From positions 1 to 40,165 of the forward strand of contig JAEOTE010000056.1 of assembly GCA_016839945.1 (NCBI GenBank): 40,165 nt of DNA. Reading direction: 5' to 3'. The notes below the pieces were generated by a model. It made no database searches. It was not told where the DNA came from and saw only the letters and a program-made list of their open reading frames with translations. Position numbers and translations under genes: made by a program. Positions 1 through 9,984 of the stretch are shown in pieces; position 1 is the first letter of the stretch; every line of letters begins with the position of its first letter. Origin of the DNA: Candidatus Heimdallarchaeota archaeon (GTDB taxonomy: Archaea; Asgardarchaeota; Heimdallarchaeia; Heimdallarchaeales; Heimdallarchaeaceae).

Positions 1-277
1 GTCACCTAGGAAGAGCTTTTTGCACTAGAGTGGAAAAAACAGCGTTTGTTAACTGCAATACTCTTTCCTCACAAAAAACATCTTCAATAGAAAACAGTTT
101 TAATTTAATTGATATTTCTACAGAAAGAGCAATCGTTGTTTCAGAAATTAATGTACCTTCGGGTTTCAGAAGAATTTTGGGAATTTTTCCAGGAATATAA
201 TAGTAGTTTCTTTATTAATTAATCAATTTTAGCATAAGCCTTTGTCGAAGAATATTTAAGACTCTAATGTACGTGTT

Positions 278-3200
278 ATGATAATGAAGCTCCCACCAAT
301 TATTCGTAAATATAAAAATGTAAGTGTATATTTGTTATCCTACAGCGTTTTATTTCTAGTAATGTTATCGCCAGTTCCTCTAATTTATTCAATAGCAAGT
401 CCAAATATGTTTGATAATTCGTCTAATAATATTATTGACTCTAAAATAACATTAGATGGTGAAAAAGGTATAACAATTGAAACATTCATAAAACAAGATA
501 TCCGTCCAGATGAAATTGGTTTTCCCTATACTCCAGTCGATGATTTTAGTGATACTGGTAGTAGTTTTACAGCTGCAGATAATCTTGCAGTCGACCATCA
601 ATTTGAATTAAATCTAACAGAGAATGGTGGGGAAATAAATAACTCATATAGTCTAGATGCCATATCTGATTATTCTTCAACAAATTTACAATATAATATA
701 ACAGATATAACTTCAATCAAAGATTATTATCCAGTTGAAAGCACAGCAACTGCAGGGCAATTTGAAAATCTACAATGGTTCAATTATGTTGGTTGGGCTC
801 AGCAATTCGAAGTTGAATGGGATTATGCTAAATTTTATGGTGCAAAAATATTAGTTAATTATATCAACCTATTCAATCCTGGAACCTATGAATTGGAGTT
901 AATACTTGTGAGTGCAAACACTACGACTCCTTTTGCTCCAAATTCAACTGATATAATTTCCACAGAATTAAGTGGTCCTTATGACTCTGTAAATTTATTA
1001 CCAACCAGCACTATTAACAATATAAATTATTATGATTTTACAGATGTTGTTTTAGAAAAAGGAAGTTATTATATTATCGCTAATCTTAGTATTATAGATT
1101 TTAGTGATATTGGAACTAAAGATTATTTTGTGTGGGCTAAGAATGTATTAGCTCCTTATGAGGGAAAAACATTTTCAATGGATAATAACACTAGATCTTG
1201 GTCAGAGCAGTCTAATAGGGATTTAACTCTTATACCCGAGCTTCTACCATCTGATGTAAGTGGATTACCTATAACTTTTACAAATCCAGATGAAGTAGAT
1301 ATGCAAGATAATAGTGTTTCAATTACATCCACAACTCAATCAATATCAGGTGTTGGAACACATGCTTTAACAAGTAACACTTCAGTTAACATTGATTTTA
1401 ATAACAATTATGAATTCGCTAAAAATTATAATGCCGCTTCAATTATTTACGCAACCAATTCATCTTTTTGGGATTATGGAATTGAGTGGAATTTAACTTG
1501 GTCTACACCATATCTTGATTTAGGGGACTACATAAACCTTGATAGATATCAGGTAATATATGCTCCTTCTGATTGGCATGATACGGTTTTTGCAATTTAT
1601 TATAATGATACCAATACAATGACTAGTTCCCGGGTTGCAGATGGTTATAGACTAACACTTAATGCAAATAATAATTCTGCAGGATTGTGGATTTTACAAA
1701 CTACGAGTCCAAATTATGTTAATCAATTAGAATTATATGAGGGAGCTATAGAAACGGAGCGATTCTTCCTTGGTTTCTGGACTGCTAATAGTACTCATTC
1801 AGTAGGACATGTAGGTTCGAATGTTACTGCTGAAACACTTGTAAAAGGTGGGGGTGGTACTCCATATGATGAAACAACAGGAAGCTTAAATTATACTCTT
1901 TATGATATTAATGGTCAAATTATTCCAAATAAAGGCACTCTGGCAGGTAGTACAATATACACTGATTTGACATCATATACATTAGCAGGAATAACAAACA
2001 CCTCAGCAGGTTATTTTGATCCAACTATAACTTTAGATCCTTCAAACAGTGGAACAGATTTACCTGGTTTCTGGACTGCATCAGTTTTCTGGAAGAATGG
2101 AACTGAAGCAGGATTTTACTCATTAAGACTAGTAGTTCAAACCCAAACTGTTTTTGACACAGAATGGGAGGAAATGCCTGGAAATAATAATTGGATAACA
2201 AGTGATATTACAAGGAAAGGGCTAGATTCAATAGATATAAGGACATATTATTACAATGTTTCTGAACCTTATACTACAGGAACACGTCATATTATTCCTG
2301 ATGCAACTGTTTCATATGATTTTCACAATGGTAGCTGGTCAGACATTGGTAGTTTGAATGATTATGCTCCATTATACAACTTGTCTTATAATTTAGCCGC
2401 TAATGTAGCTGTTGGAGTCTATACTTTCGATCTTTTAGCTACAGGTGCTTTTCTTGAGAATTTAACAGCAAGTTTTGATGTTACAGTTTTTTATGAATTG
2501 TCTATTAATCCTCAATATAGTAGCTACCAAACAAATTATACAAATAATGCAATTTATCTTCTGGCATTATTTGATGAAACAGCTTCTGTCAACCTTTCAA
2601 CGTCTCCAAATGACATGATTGTTGAAGTAACAAATGTAACAGATAGCTTTGTTTTAACCTCTCCTGCTGATTATACGTTTACATATCAAGCAAGTACAGA
2701 ACAATGGGAGCTAGATATAAGTACAACCACAAATAGTCTGTTTATTGGTACTTACACTGTAAATGTGTCTGTTCAAATTAATGATTATAGAACAGATTAT
2801 TTACAAGAATATGCAAACGAAATACTCTCTTTACAAATAGAAGCTCCAAAAACAGCAGTTGTTAGTGAAGTTCCTGCAACAGAGATTTACACATATCATA
2901 GTGCAGTATTCTCTTTTGAATATGAAGATACAAATCATTCAGTATCTTTGACTGGAGCACAAGTTATAGCTACTTTCAGTGGAGCATCAGGAGTTACTTA
3001 TAATGTATACACAATTGGGAATGCATATTATGTGAATGTAACTAGTACTAATCCTCTTCTAGTTACTATTTCAGTATATGTTACAATTTTAAAGACTAAT
3101 TATGAAACCATATCAAATTACCATTTAGGTGATCTATCAGTTTTACAAATTGAAACAAGTTTAAGTGAAGTCGCAATTTACACTCCTTCAGAAATTTATT

Positions 3201-4189
3201 CGGGATATAACACTTCAGTAGTTGTACAATATACAGATACAACACATGGCGAAAATATAGCTGATGCAATATTAGTGAACCTGGTCATTAACGCTACTTA
3301 TGTAAACTATACTATGGCTTACCTAGGAAATGGAATGTATAATATAACATTCAAAATTACGGATTTTGCTCTTCCTAATGGCTCATATATTAATATTGTA
3401 ATTACTTTGAATAAAGAAGGTTACGATTCTGCTTTTACTTCATATGATATAATCCTGATTTTTATTGAAACTTCAGCAGAAACAACTTCATCTGATAGTG
3501 TTGTAATATACTTCGAACAAGGAACCTCATTCGACGTGATATACACAGATGTTTTAGGTGCTACAAATCTAACAGGATTAGATATTTTTATTGAAGGGAA
3601 TATTTCTATTACCTTTGGATCAGTAGTCAATGGAGATATTACTACAATAAACATAAACGCTATAGATACCTTAGGATTTTTCTATCTTAACATAACTTTA
3701 TCAAAACCTGGATATGGTCCTCAGCTTGTTGTAGTTTATATTACAGTTATAGAACGTACAACAGAACTGGATACAACTACGGGTGATTACGATTTTACTC
3801 TATATGGAGATGAAACTATTGAGGTTGGTTTTAACTTTACAGATGTAATAGGGAGCTCAATTATTTATTCTTCTAATATATCGATAGAATTTGCTTCACA
3901 GAACTCTACATTGGATATAAATGATTATTTCGCTTCAATTGCAAACACTACCTTTGGTTCTTATTATCTGATAGATTTTGATGCGATAGATTCAGCTGTT
4001 GTAGGAAGCGAATTTTACATAATTATTGTATTTTCAAAATATGGTTACGCGTCCCAGAATATTACAGTTCGACTAATCTTCAGACCTGCAATAACGTATG
4101 ATATTTCTGTAGATATTGTGGGAACAGTTCAACAACTAGAAACATTTCAAATTATTATTACGTTTGAGAACTTCTCTATTGATATGTGA
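278..4189 (+). CDS. Large secreted/surface glycoprotein with Ig-like beta-sandwich repeats (N-terminal part of a probable 278..5278 receptor-like gene)
   Basis: 1303-aa ORF; N-terminal basic + hydrophobic signal segment; T/S/N/Y-rich with many NxS/T sequons; recurring K-x-G/N-Y repeat ends (LKTNYE, NKEGYD, SKPGYG, SKYGYA); no C-terminal anchor; ends at TGA 4187-4189, in frame with the next ORF. Confidence 0.8.
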   Translation: MIMKLPPIIRKYKNVSVYLLSYSVLFLVMLSPVPLIYSIASPNMFDNSSNNIIDSKITLDGEKGITIETFIKQDIRPDEIGFPYTPVDDFSDTGSSFTAADNLAVDHQFELNLTENGGEINNSYSLDAISDYSSTNLQYNITDITSIKDYYPVESTATAGQFENLQWFNYVGWAQQFEVEWDYAKFYGAKILVNYINLFNPGTYELELILVSANTTTPFAPNSTDIISTELSGPYDSVNLLPTSTINNINYYDFTDVVLEKGSYYIIANLSIIDFSDIGTKDYFVWAKNVLAPYEGKTFSMDNNTRSWSEQSNRDLTLIPELLPSDVSGLPITFTNPDEVDMQDNSVSITSTTQSISGVGTHALTSNTSVNIDFNNNYEFAKNYNAASIIYATNSSFWDYGIEWNLTWSTPYLDLGDYINLDRYQVIYAPSDWHDTVFAIYYNDTNTMTSSRVADGYRLTLNANNNSAGLWILQTTSPNYVNQLELYEGAIETERFFLGFWTANSTHSVGHVGSNVTAETLVKGGGGTPYDETTGSLNYTLYDINGQIIPNKGTLAGSTIYTDLTSYTLAGITNTSAGYFDPTITLDPSNSGTDLPGFWTASVFWKNGTEAGFYSLRLVVQTQTVFDTEWEEMPGNNNWITSDITRKGLDSIDIRTYYYNVSEPYTTGTRHIIPDATVSYDFHNGSWSDIGSLNDYAPLYNLSYNLAANVAVGVYTFDLLATGAFLENLTASFDVTVFYELSINPQYSSYQTNYTNNAIYLLALFDETASVNLSTSPNDMIVEVTNVTDSFVLTSPADYTFTYQASTEQWELDISTTTNSLFIGTYTVNVSVQINDYRTDYLQEYANEILSLQIEAPKTAVVSEVPATEIYTYHSAVFSFEYEDTNHSVSLTGAQVIATFSGASGVTYNVYTIGNAYYVNVTSTNPLLVTISVYVTILKTNYETISNYHLGDLSVLQIETSLSEVAIYTPSEIYSGYNTSVVVQYTDTTHGENIADAILVNLVINATYVNYTMAYLGNGMYNITFKITDFALPNGSYINIVITLNKEGYDSAFTSYDIILIFIETSAETTSSDSVVIYFEQGTSFDVIYTDVLGATNLTGLDIFIEGNISITFGSVVNGDITTININAIDTLGFFYLNITLSKPGYGPQLVVVYITVIERTTELDTTTGDYDFTLYGDETIEVGFNFTDVIGSSIIYSSNISIEFASQNSTLDINDYFASIANTTFGSYYLIDFDAIDSAVVGSEFYIIIVFSKYGYASQNITVRLIFRPAITYDISVDIVGTVQQLETFQIIITFENFSIDM

Positions 4190-4195
4190 GCAGCT

Positions 4196-5278
4196 ATGTC
4201 TGAATATGGAATAAATTTAGTTCCTACACTATTGGGTGATTATGTTAATATCACATACACATTTACATTTGCTAATGGCTCTGTTATCACGTATTGGACT
4301 TTAGCAGAAATTCGTGACACTGCAAATGGAATTATTGCAATTTCAGAAGAGATCACAGTACCTTGGAGAGTAACAACTGTCGAGTATTCAGTAAGATACG
4401 TGCCTACTTCTGAATCTGTGATTATATCAAAGTCAACAACATTGTCAGAAGTTACAGCACTTGCTCCTGCATTCATGAAACTCTTATCTTACTTATTTTC
4501 GGAATACAGAATTTACATGATTGCTGGATTAGCAGTCTTAGCAGTTATCTTCATATCACTTACTATCTACTTCGCAGCTATAAGACCAAAGAAGCAAGCT
4601 AGAAGAGCTAAGAAAAGGAGATACTTAGACAAGATATCAAAGATTCTGACCAGCGTTATATCGATGAGAAAAGTGATAGTTGTTCACAACGACAGTGGAT
4701 TACCTGTATTTGAATGGGATTTAGGTGGAGAAATAACAGTAGATTCTTCACTAGTTTCAGGTTTTCTACAAGCTGTTTCTGGAATGGGAGGAGAAATTAG
4801 TGGAGGAGAAGCTGGAGCAGTAAGAAAAATAGATTATGGACAATTCTGTGTTTCAAGTGCTGGAACAGACTGTATAACCACATATCTCTTTAGCACTGGA
4901 GATATCTCTGTAGATGTTGAAACTGGAATATCTAATTTTGTTGATTGGTTTGAGAAAAGATTTCACGCAATAATTAGTGGAACTTGGGATGGAATAACTG
5001 ATGAATTTACTCAAAATGCAAGACAAATAGTTGATACTCTCTCTGAAGAACTATTTATTTGGACTTTGCATCCACTAACTGTAAATGTATCTAAAGAGAA
5101 AGATGTTGCAAAACTGGATAGTTTCAGCCAAAGGATTTTCAAGTTTATAAAGGATTACAAAGAAGTAACAATAAGCGTGTCACTTGAGTACTTCAACAAA
5201 TCTCCTATGGAAGAAACTCTTTCTAAGATATTCGAATTAGTTGATAATACTTTCTTGTTAAGGAAAAGATTAAGGTGA
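4196..5278 (+). CDS. Single-pass membrane protein with cytoplasmic longin-like domain and C-terminal winged-helix-like segment (C-terminal part of the split gene)
   Basis: TM IYMIAGLAVLAVIFISLTIYFAAI followed by basic RPKKQARRAKKRR; then VIVVHNDSGLPVF...SLVSGFLQAVSGMGGE...FEKRF...WDG, the Asgard longin-like pattern; no signal peptide of its own. Confidence 0.75.
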   Translation: MSEYGINLVPTLLGDYVNITYTFTFANGSVITYWTLAEIRDTANGIIAISEEITVPWRVTTVEYSVRYVPTSESVIISKSTTLSEVTALAPAFMKLLSYLFSEYRIYMIAGLAVLAVIFISLTIYFAAIRPKKQARRAKKRRYLDKISKILTSVISMRKVIVVHNDSGLPVFEWDLGGEITVDSSLVSGFLQAVSGMGGEISGGEAGAVRKIDYGQFCVSSAGTDCITTYLFSTGDISVDVETGISNFVDWFEKRFHAIISGTWDGITDEFTQNARQIVDTLSEELFIWTLHPLTVNVSKEKDVAKLDSFSQRIFKFIKDYKEVTISVSLEYFNKSPMEETLSKIFELVDNTFLLRKRLR

Positions 5279-5322
5279 TAATAAACAAAATATAAAAATC
5301 CCTCAATCTACCTTTTTTTACT

Positions 5323-6051
5323 ATGTATCAATCCTCTTGGAAGAGTTATGCTTTGCTTTTTGATATGGACGGAGTATTAATTAGTCTAAAATCAAGATGG
5401 ATTGATCCAATTGAAGAAGTAATTTCAAAGGTTAAACCAAATTATGATTTAGACACAATCACAAGAGAAAGTCCTTCATTAGCACTAGTAACTGGTGGAA
5501 GATCAAGCTTACTTATGCTTCAAGGAATTCTCCAGGTTTGTAAAGTTGCTGGATTAAACAATTTCCAAACTTTCAGAGTTATAATTAGATTATCATCAAT
5601 GCTTATCACAAGGAAGAAATTCAAGATTGTTCCCTTTGAAGGAGTTACTAATATCTTGAAAAACCTAGGAGGAATGGGTTTTAAATTGGCTTTAGTAACA
5701 TCAGCATCAAAATATACAGTAAGACATTTGAAAAAACAATTTCCTGATCTTTACAATAAATTTGATTGTGTTGTTACCAGAAATGATGTTAAACTAACAA
5801 AACCATTTCCTGATCAAATTCACAAAGCTTTGAAGAAATTACAGATAAACAAAGAAAAAGCTGTAATAATTGGTGATTTTGCTTCAGATATAAAAGCTGG
5901 AAAAAATGCAGGAATTAGAACAGTTGCTGTTTTGAGTGAATATCCTCAGATAAACAAAAAAATCCTAGAAAAAGCAAACCCTGATTTTATCGTGGACAAC
6001 ATATCAGAAATACCTGAAATGCTATCTGATATTTTTGTGGTTAATAAATAA
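5323..6051 (+). CDS. HAD-superfamily hydrolase (phosphoglycolate phosphatase-like)
   Basis: Motif I FDMDGVL, II VTSA, III KPFPD, IV IGDFASD. Confidence 0.9.
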   Translation: MYQSSWKSYALLFDMDGVLISLKSRWIDPIEEVISKVKPNYDLDTITRESPSLALVTGGRSSLLMLQGILQVCKVAGLNNFQTFRVIIRLSSMLITRKKFKIVPFEGVTNILKNLGGMGFKLALVTSASKYTVRHLKKQFPDLYNKFDCVVTRNDVKLTKPFPDQIHKALKKLQINKEKAVIIGDFASDIKAGKNAGIRTVAVLSEYPQINKKILEKANPDFIVDNISEIPEMLSDIFVVNK

Positions 6052-6118
6052 TGATTTCCGGAAAAAGATAAATAAGGAAAACTTCAAAAATAGAGTAGAA
6101 ACGATTGATTAGACTGAC

Positions 6119-6601
6119 ATGAAAAAACAATTTAAATTTCCCGAAAATTTGCTCTACCAATCTACCTATGTGTGGGTAGAAGATGATGGTAGAGGTATTT
6201 TTCGTATAGGCATTACAGACTATGCTCAATACATTCTTGATGACATTATATCTGTCAGTTTTCCTGAAAAGGGTATTTATGTTGAAAAAGATGATGAAAT
6301 AGTCACAATAGACTCTATAGAAGCGACATTTGTTATTCAAGCTCCTTTTAGTGGAACAATTGATGAAATCAATGAAGAACTACGTCAATCTCCTGAACTA
6401 CTTAATGAGAACCCTTTTTCAGAGGGTTGGATTTTAGAAGTAGAACTAGGTTCTGATGATGACATAGATTTACTCATGGACTCAAATGAAGTTCTGGATA
6501 AATATCATGAGGAAATGGAAGAAGATTCTGAAAATGATTTTGAAGAAGAAGGGTTTGAAGAAGAAGACTTCGAAAAATATGACTATGAAAAAGACTTCTA
6601 A
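6119..6601 (+). CDS. Glycine cleavage H-protein homolog lacking the lipoyl-lysine, with acidic C-terminal tail
   Basis: RIGITDYAQ, APFSGTIDEINEEL, PELLNENPFSEGWI match GcvH; the ESVKA site reads DSIEA. Confidence 0.8.
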   Translation: MKKQFKFPENLLYQSTYVWVEDDGRGIFRIGITDYAQYILDDIISVSFPEKGIYVEKDDEIVTIDSIEATFVIQAPFSGTIDEINEELRQSPELLNENPFSEGWILEVELGSDDDIDLLMDSNEVLDKYHEEMEEDSENDFEEEGFEEEDFEKYDYEKDF

Positions 6602-6783
6602 TCTGGTCTGGTTTCTTCTGCTCCTATAAGTTAGAAACTTTTAAATAACTTATAACAAATTTAAAATCAATATTATTGGGGCGTAACGTGACTTGGAATT
6701 TCATTAACCTATTCTGAATCCCCCGGAAGCAATGTGTTAGTTGTAACTATTTTTTTATACTATAGAAAAAGGAGAGATATGTA

Positions 6784-8274
6784 ATGAGTAATTTAGAAAA
6801 GAAAATATCCTTACCTTCTGAAGCAATTGAAATCTATAAGGAAATTTGTTTAAGAAAGAAAATTTCAGTCAAAGAACTGGAAAAAATGATAAAGCTAGAT
6901 AGAGGAAAACTAGAGTATTTCCTTGGATATCTAATATCAAATGAACTAGTAGAACGTATCACAGTTGTCCAGAAAAAGCCGATTTTAACAGAAGCAGGAC
7001 AATATGCTGCATTGAATCAATTAATTGAGAGAAGAATCGTGGATTTACTAAAGGAGAAAAAGTCAACTGATTTTGATTCTCTTTCTGAGAAAATTAAAGG
7101 TGATAATAGAGAGATGAATGCAGGTGTAGGATTCCTAAAAAAGCAAGGAATTTTACAAATAAATCAAGGTGAAATATCATTAATTGATCCCAAGGTTTCA
7201 GTGAGTAATGATTTACAAAAGATTTTAGAGAATCTTTCTTCAGGAAAAGAAATCGAAATAAAAGATCATGAGAAAACTCTAGTTCAAAGGAATTTAATTT
7301 CATTAGAAGAAAGAAAAGAATCTTTTGTTGAAATGAAAATTGCTTATGGTGATATAAGCGAAAAAATTGTTGTATCATCAGAAATAAGTCGATTATCTCC
7401 TGAAATGATCAGAAATGGCTCATGGAAAAAAGCAAAACTAAGAGAATATAACCTAAATGTTTCTCCACCTGATTTCTATGCAGGTAGAAAACAACCTTAT
7501 GCAAGATTTTTAGATGATGTAAAACGGAAATTAGTTAGTTATGGATTTCTAGAGATGAGAGGTCCTATAGTCGAGCTTGAATATTGGAATTTTGATGCAC
7601 TGTTTCAAGCTCAAGATCATCCGGCAAGGGAATGGTCAGATGTGTATAGGGTTGCTAATCCTAGTAAAGGAAACTTACCAAAGGAAGATCATGTTAAACT
7701 TGTTCAAAAAGCTCATGAAAACGGTTATGATACAGGAAGCAAAGGTTGGAGATATAAGTGGGATCCAATGAAGAGTGCACGTTTGGTCCTTAGAGCTCAA
7801 GGAACTTCTGTAAGTGCAAGAACACTTGTGGATTTACCTATTCCTTCAAAATATTTTAGTATATCTCGCTGCTTCAGACCAGATCCTACAGATGCAACAC
7901 ATCTATCAGAATTTAATCAAGCAGAAGGAATAGTTTGTGATCCATCAATTACATTTCGAGATTTGTTAGGGATACTTGAAACATTTGCTGTTGAGATATC
8001 TGAAGCTCCAAATTATTTATTCAAACCTGATTACTATCCATTCACAGAACCTTCTGTTGAATTGAGTGTTAAAGATCCTAAAATTGGTCATATAGAATAT
8101 GGTGGAGCAGGTATATTCCGACCTGAAGTAACACGACCCTTTGGCATAAAAGATCCTGTAATTGCTTGGGGTTTAGGTGTAGACAGACTATTCATGGTTA
8201 AGTATGGAATAACTGACATTAGAGAACTTTATAGTTACAAATTGGATTGGCTGCGATCAGCTAGGATGTCGTGA
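6784..8274 (+). CDS. pheS: Phenylalanine--tRNA ligase alpha subunit (archaeal/eukaryotic type with N-terminal winged-helix domains)
   Basis: WNFDALFQAQDHPARE, FRPDPTDATHLSEFNQAEG, YYPFTEPS, AWGLGVDRL; RBS-like GGAG upstream. Confidence 0.97.
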   Translation: MSNLEKKISLPSEAIEIYKEICLRKKISVKELEKMIKLDRGKLEYFLGYLISNELVERITVVQKKPILTEAGQYAALNQLIERRIVDLLKEKKSTDFDSLSEKIKGDNREMNAGVGFLKKQGILQINQGEISLIDPKVSVSNDLQKILENLSSGKEIEIKDHEKTLVQRNLISLEERKESFVEMKIAYGDISEKIVVSSEISRLSPEMIRNGSWKKAKLREYNLNVSPPDFYAGRKQPYARFLDDVKRKLVSYGFLEMRGPIVELEYWNFDALFQAQDHPAREWSDVYRVANPSKGNLPKEDHVKLVQKAHENGYDTGSKGWRYKWDPMKSARLVLRAQGTSVSARTLVDLPIPSKYFSISRCFRPDPTDATHLSEFNQAEGIVCDPSITFRDLLGILETFAVEISEAPNYLFKPDYYPFTEPSVELSVKDPKIGHIEYGGAGIFRPEVTRPFGIKDPVIAWGLGVDRLFMVKYGITDIRELYSYKLDWLRSARMS

Positions 8275-8283
8275 GGTGGAAAA

Positions 8284-9978
8284 ATGGTATCAATAAAAGC
8301 AAGTTACACAAAAATGCAAGAATTCTTGGGTAAAGAGTTGTCACTAGATGAATTGGAAGATTTATTGATGTTCGCAAAAACAGAGATTGACGATTATGTC
8401 AAAGAGGAAGATATGCTTGTTCTAGATATTAAAACAAGCAATCGTCCTGATCTCTGGTGTGCTGAAGGTATGATTAGAGAAATAAAAGGAATTCTAGAAA
8501 TGGAAAAAGGAATTCCCACCTATGAAGTGAAAGAAAGTGGCTTCACTGTTAAAGTAGATTCAGCTTTAGCTTCAACTCGACCATACATTGCTTGTGCAAT
8601 AGCTAAAAAAATCAACTTAGATGATTTCTACATCAAACAATTAATGCAACATTCAGAAAAAATAGATAATTCTTATGGTAGAAAAAGAAAAAGATCATCT
8701 ATTGGAATGTATAATCTTTCAATGTTACAAAGTCCAGTATTATACCAAACAGCTGAAAGGTCGCATAAATTCATACCTCTCGGTTATGAAAAAGAAATGA
8801 CTTTAGATAAGATACTTAATGAGCATGAGAAAGGATTGGAGTTTGGTCAAATTGTCAAAGATTATGGTATCTATCCCATTCTCTTGTCTGCAGATGGAAT
8901 GACACTATCATTGCCACCAGTAATTAACAGCAATGATGTAGGAAGAATTACAGAAGATACAACTGAATGTTTAATTGAAGTTACAGGCACTAATTTTGAA
9001 ACAGTTAATGTAGTTCTAAACATCTTATGTCAAACAATGGCTGATCATGGCGCAGATATCTATAGTGTTGCAATTGAATACCCTCCAGAAATTCATAAAA
9101 AACATGTTATAACTCCTTTGTTAGAACTTGAGAGTATAACTGTTGATCTTGATATAATTGAGAAATATCTAGATGTAGAACTCACTGTAAAGAAAGCAAT
9201 AGAACTGATGCAAAAAAGAAGATTTGAATGTGAGGAATTAGAGAATAATAAAGTCAAAGCAATAATTCCCCCCTATCGAAAAGATATTCTGCATTGGGTA
9301 GATATAGCAGAAGAAATAGTAATAGCATTAGATTATAATAAAATAGGGCCTACAAAATGGACCGTGTTAACAACTGGAGGACTTCTTCCAGAGACTGAAA
9401 GTGAGAATATAGTACGAGATATTTTAGTAGGGGCATACGGTATTGAGTTGGTTACTAATATACTTACAGACCCTGATAATCTCACAGTTAAAGTTAATTT
9501 AGATAAGCAAGAACTAGTAAAAATACAAAATCCCGTTAGTCAAACATATAGTGCTCTTCGAAATCAGATTTTTCCCAATCTGATTAATGTAATCTCAAAA
9601 AACACTCATGAACCATATCCTCAGATGATCTTTGAAGTAGGTGAAGTAGTTAAGATGGATAAAAATGATGTTTGGACTCAAACCAACGCTGCTTTTTGTA
9701 TAGCTGATGCTGATGCTAGTTTTGAAGATGCTCATAAAAGAATACATCAATTAATGAAACTTCTAAACACTGATTACAAAATAGAAAGCTTAGGACACCC
9801 ATCATTTACAAAAGGAAGAAGCGGTAAAATCATAGTGAATAGTAAAGATTGTGGAATTATCGGAGAAATTCACCCAAATGTTTTGGAAAAAAACCAAATA
9901 TGGGTATCAGTTGTGTGTTTTGAAATAGAATTACCCTATATCCCAACACTTGAATGCAAAATAAAACATACATCCTAA
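8284..9978 (+). CDS. pheT: Phenylalanine--tRNA ligase beta subunit
   Basis: NRPDLWCAEG, RPYIACA, LSLPPVINS, PPYRKDILHWVDIAEE, GEIHP; GAGGTGG RBS; follows pheS. Confidence 0.97.
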   Translation: MVSIKASYTKMQEFLGKELSLDELEDLLMFAKTEIDDYVKEEDMLVLDIKTSNRPDLWCAEGMIREIKGILEMEKGIPTYEVKESGFTVKVDSALASTRPYIACAIAKKINLDDFYIKQLMQHSEKIDNSYGRKRKRSSIGMYNLSMLQSPVLYQTAERSHKFIPLGYEKEMTLDKILNEHEKGLEFGQIVKDYGIYPILLSADGMTLSLPPVINSNDVGRITEDTTECLIEVTGTNFETVNVVLNILCQTMADHGADIYSVAIEYPPEIHKKHVITPLLELESITVDLDIIEKYLDVELTVKKAIELMQKRRFECEELENNKVKAIIPPYRKDILHWVDIAEEIVIALDYNKIGPTKWTVLTTGGLLPETESENIVRDILVGAYGIELVTNILTDPDNLTVKVNLDKQELVKIQNPVSQTYSALRNQIFPNLINVISKNTHEPYPQMIFEVGEVVKMDKNDVWTQTNAAFCIADADASFEDAHKRIHQLMKLLNTDYKIESLGHPSFTKGRSGKIIVNSKDCGIIGEIHPNVLEKNQIWVSVVCFEIELPYIPTLECKIKHTS

Positions 9979-9984
9979 GAAAAA

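Noticed and set aside
1-200. Open frames on both strands at the window start (+ frame ending TAA at 198-200; - frame containing LLKPEGTL)
   Set aside because: Truncated or start-less with no recognisable family; cannot decide which, if either, is coding
4187-4189. Genome-wide TGA reassignment or selenocysteine
   Set aside because: TGA terminates pheS and other genes at expected positions; no Cys/Sec redox context or convincing SECIS nearby
6676-6730. tRNA gene (5' end resembles GGGGCGTAGC...)
   Set aside because: Too short; no cloverleaf, anticodon arm or proper GTTCRA T-loop
7790-7810. Altered PheRS specificity from LRAQGT instead of LRTHTT
   Set aside because: Gln occurs at this position in functional PheRS (E. 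coli LRTQTS); other Phe-pocket motifs are intact
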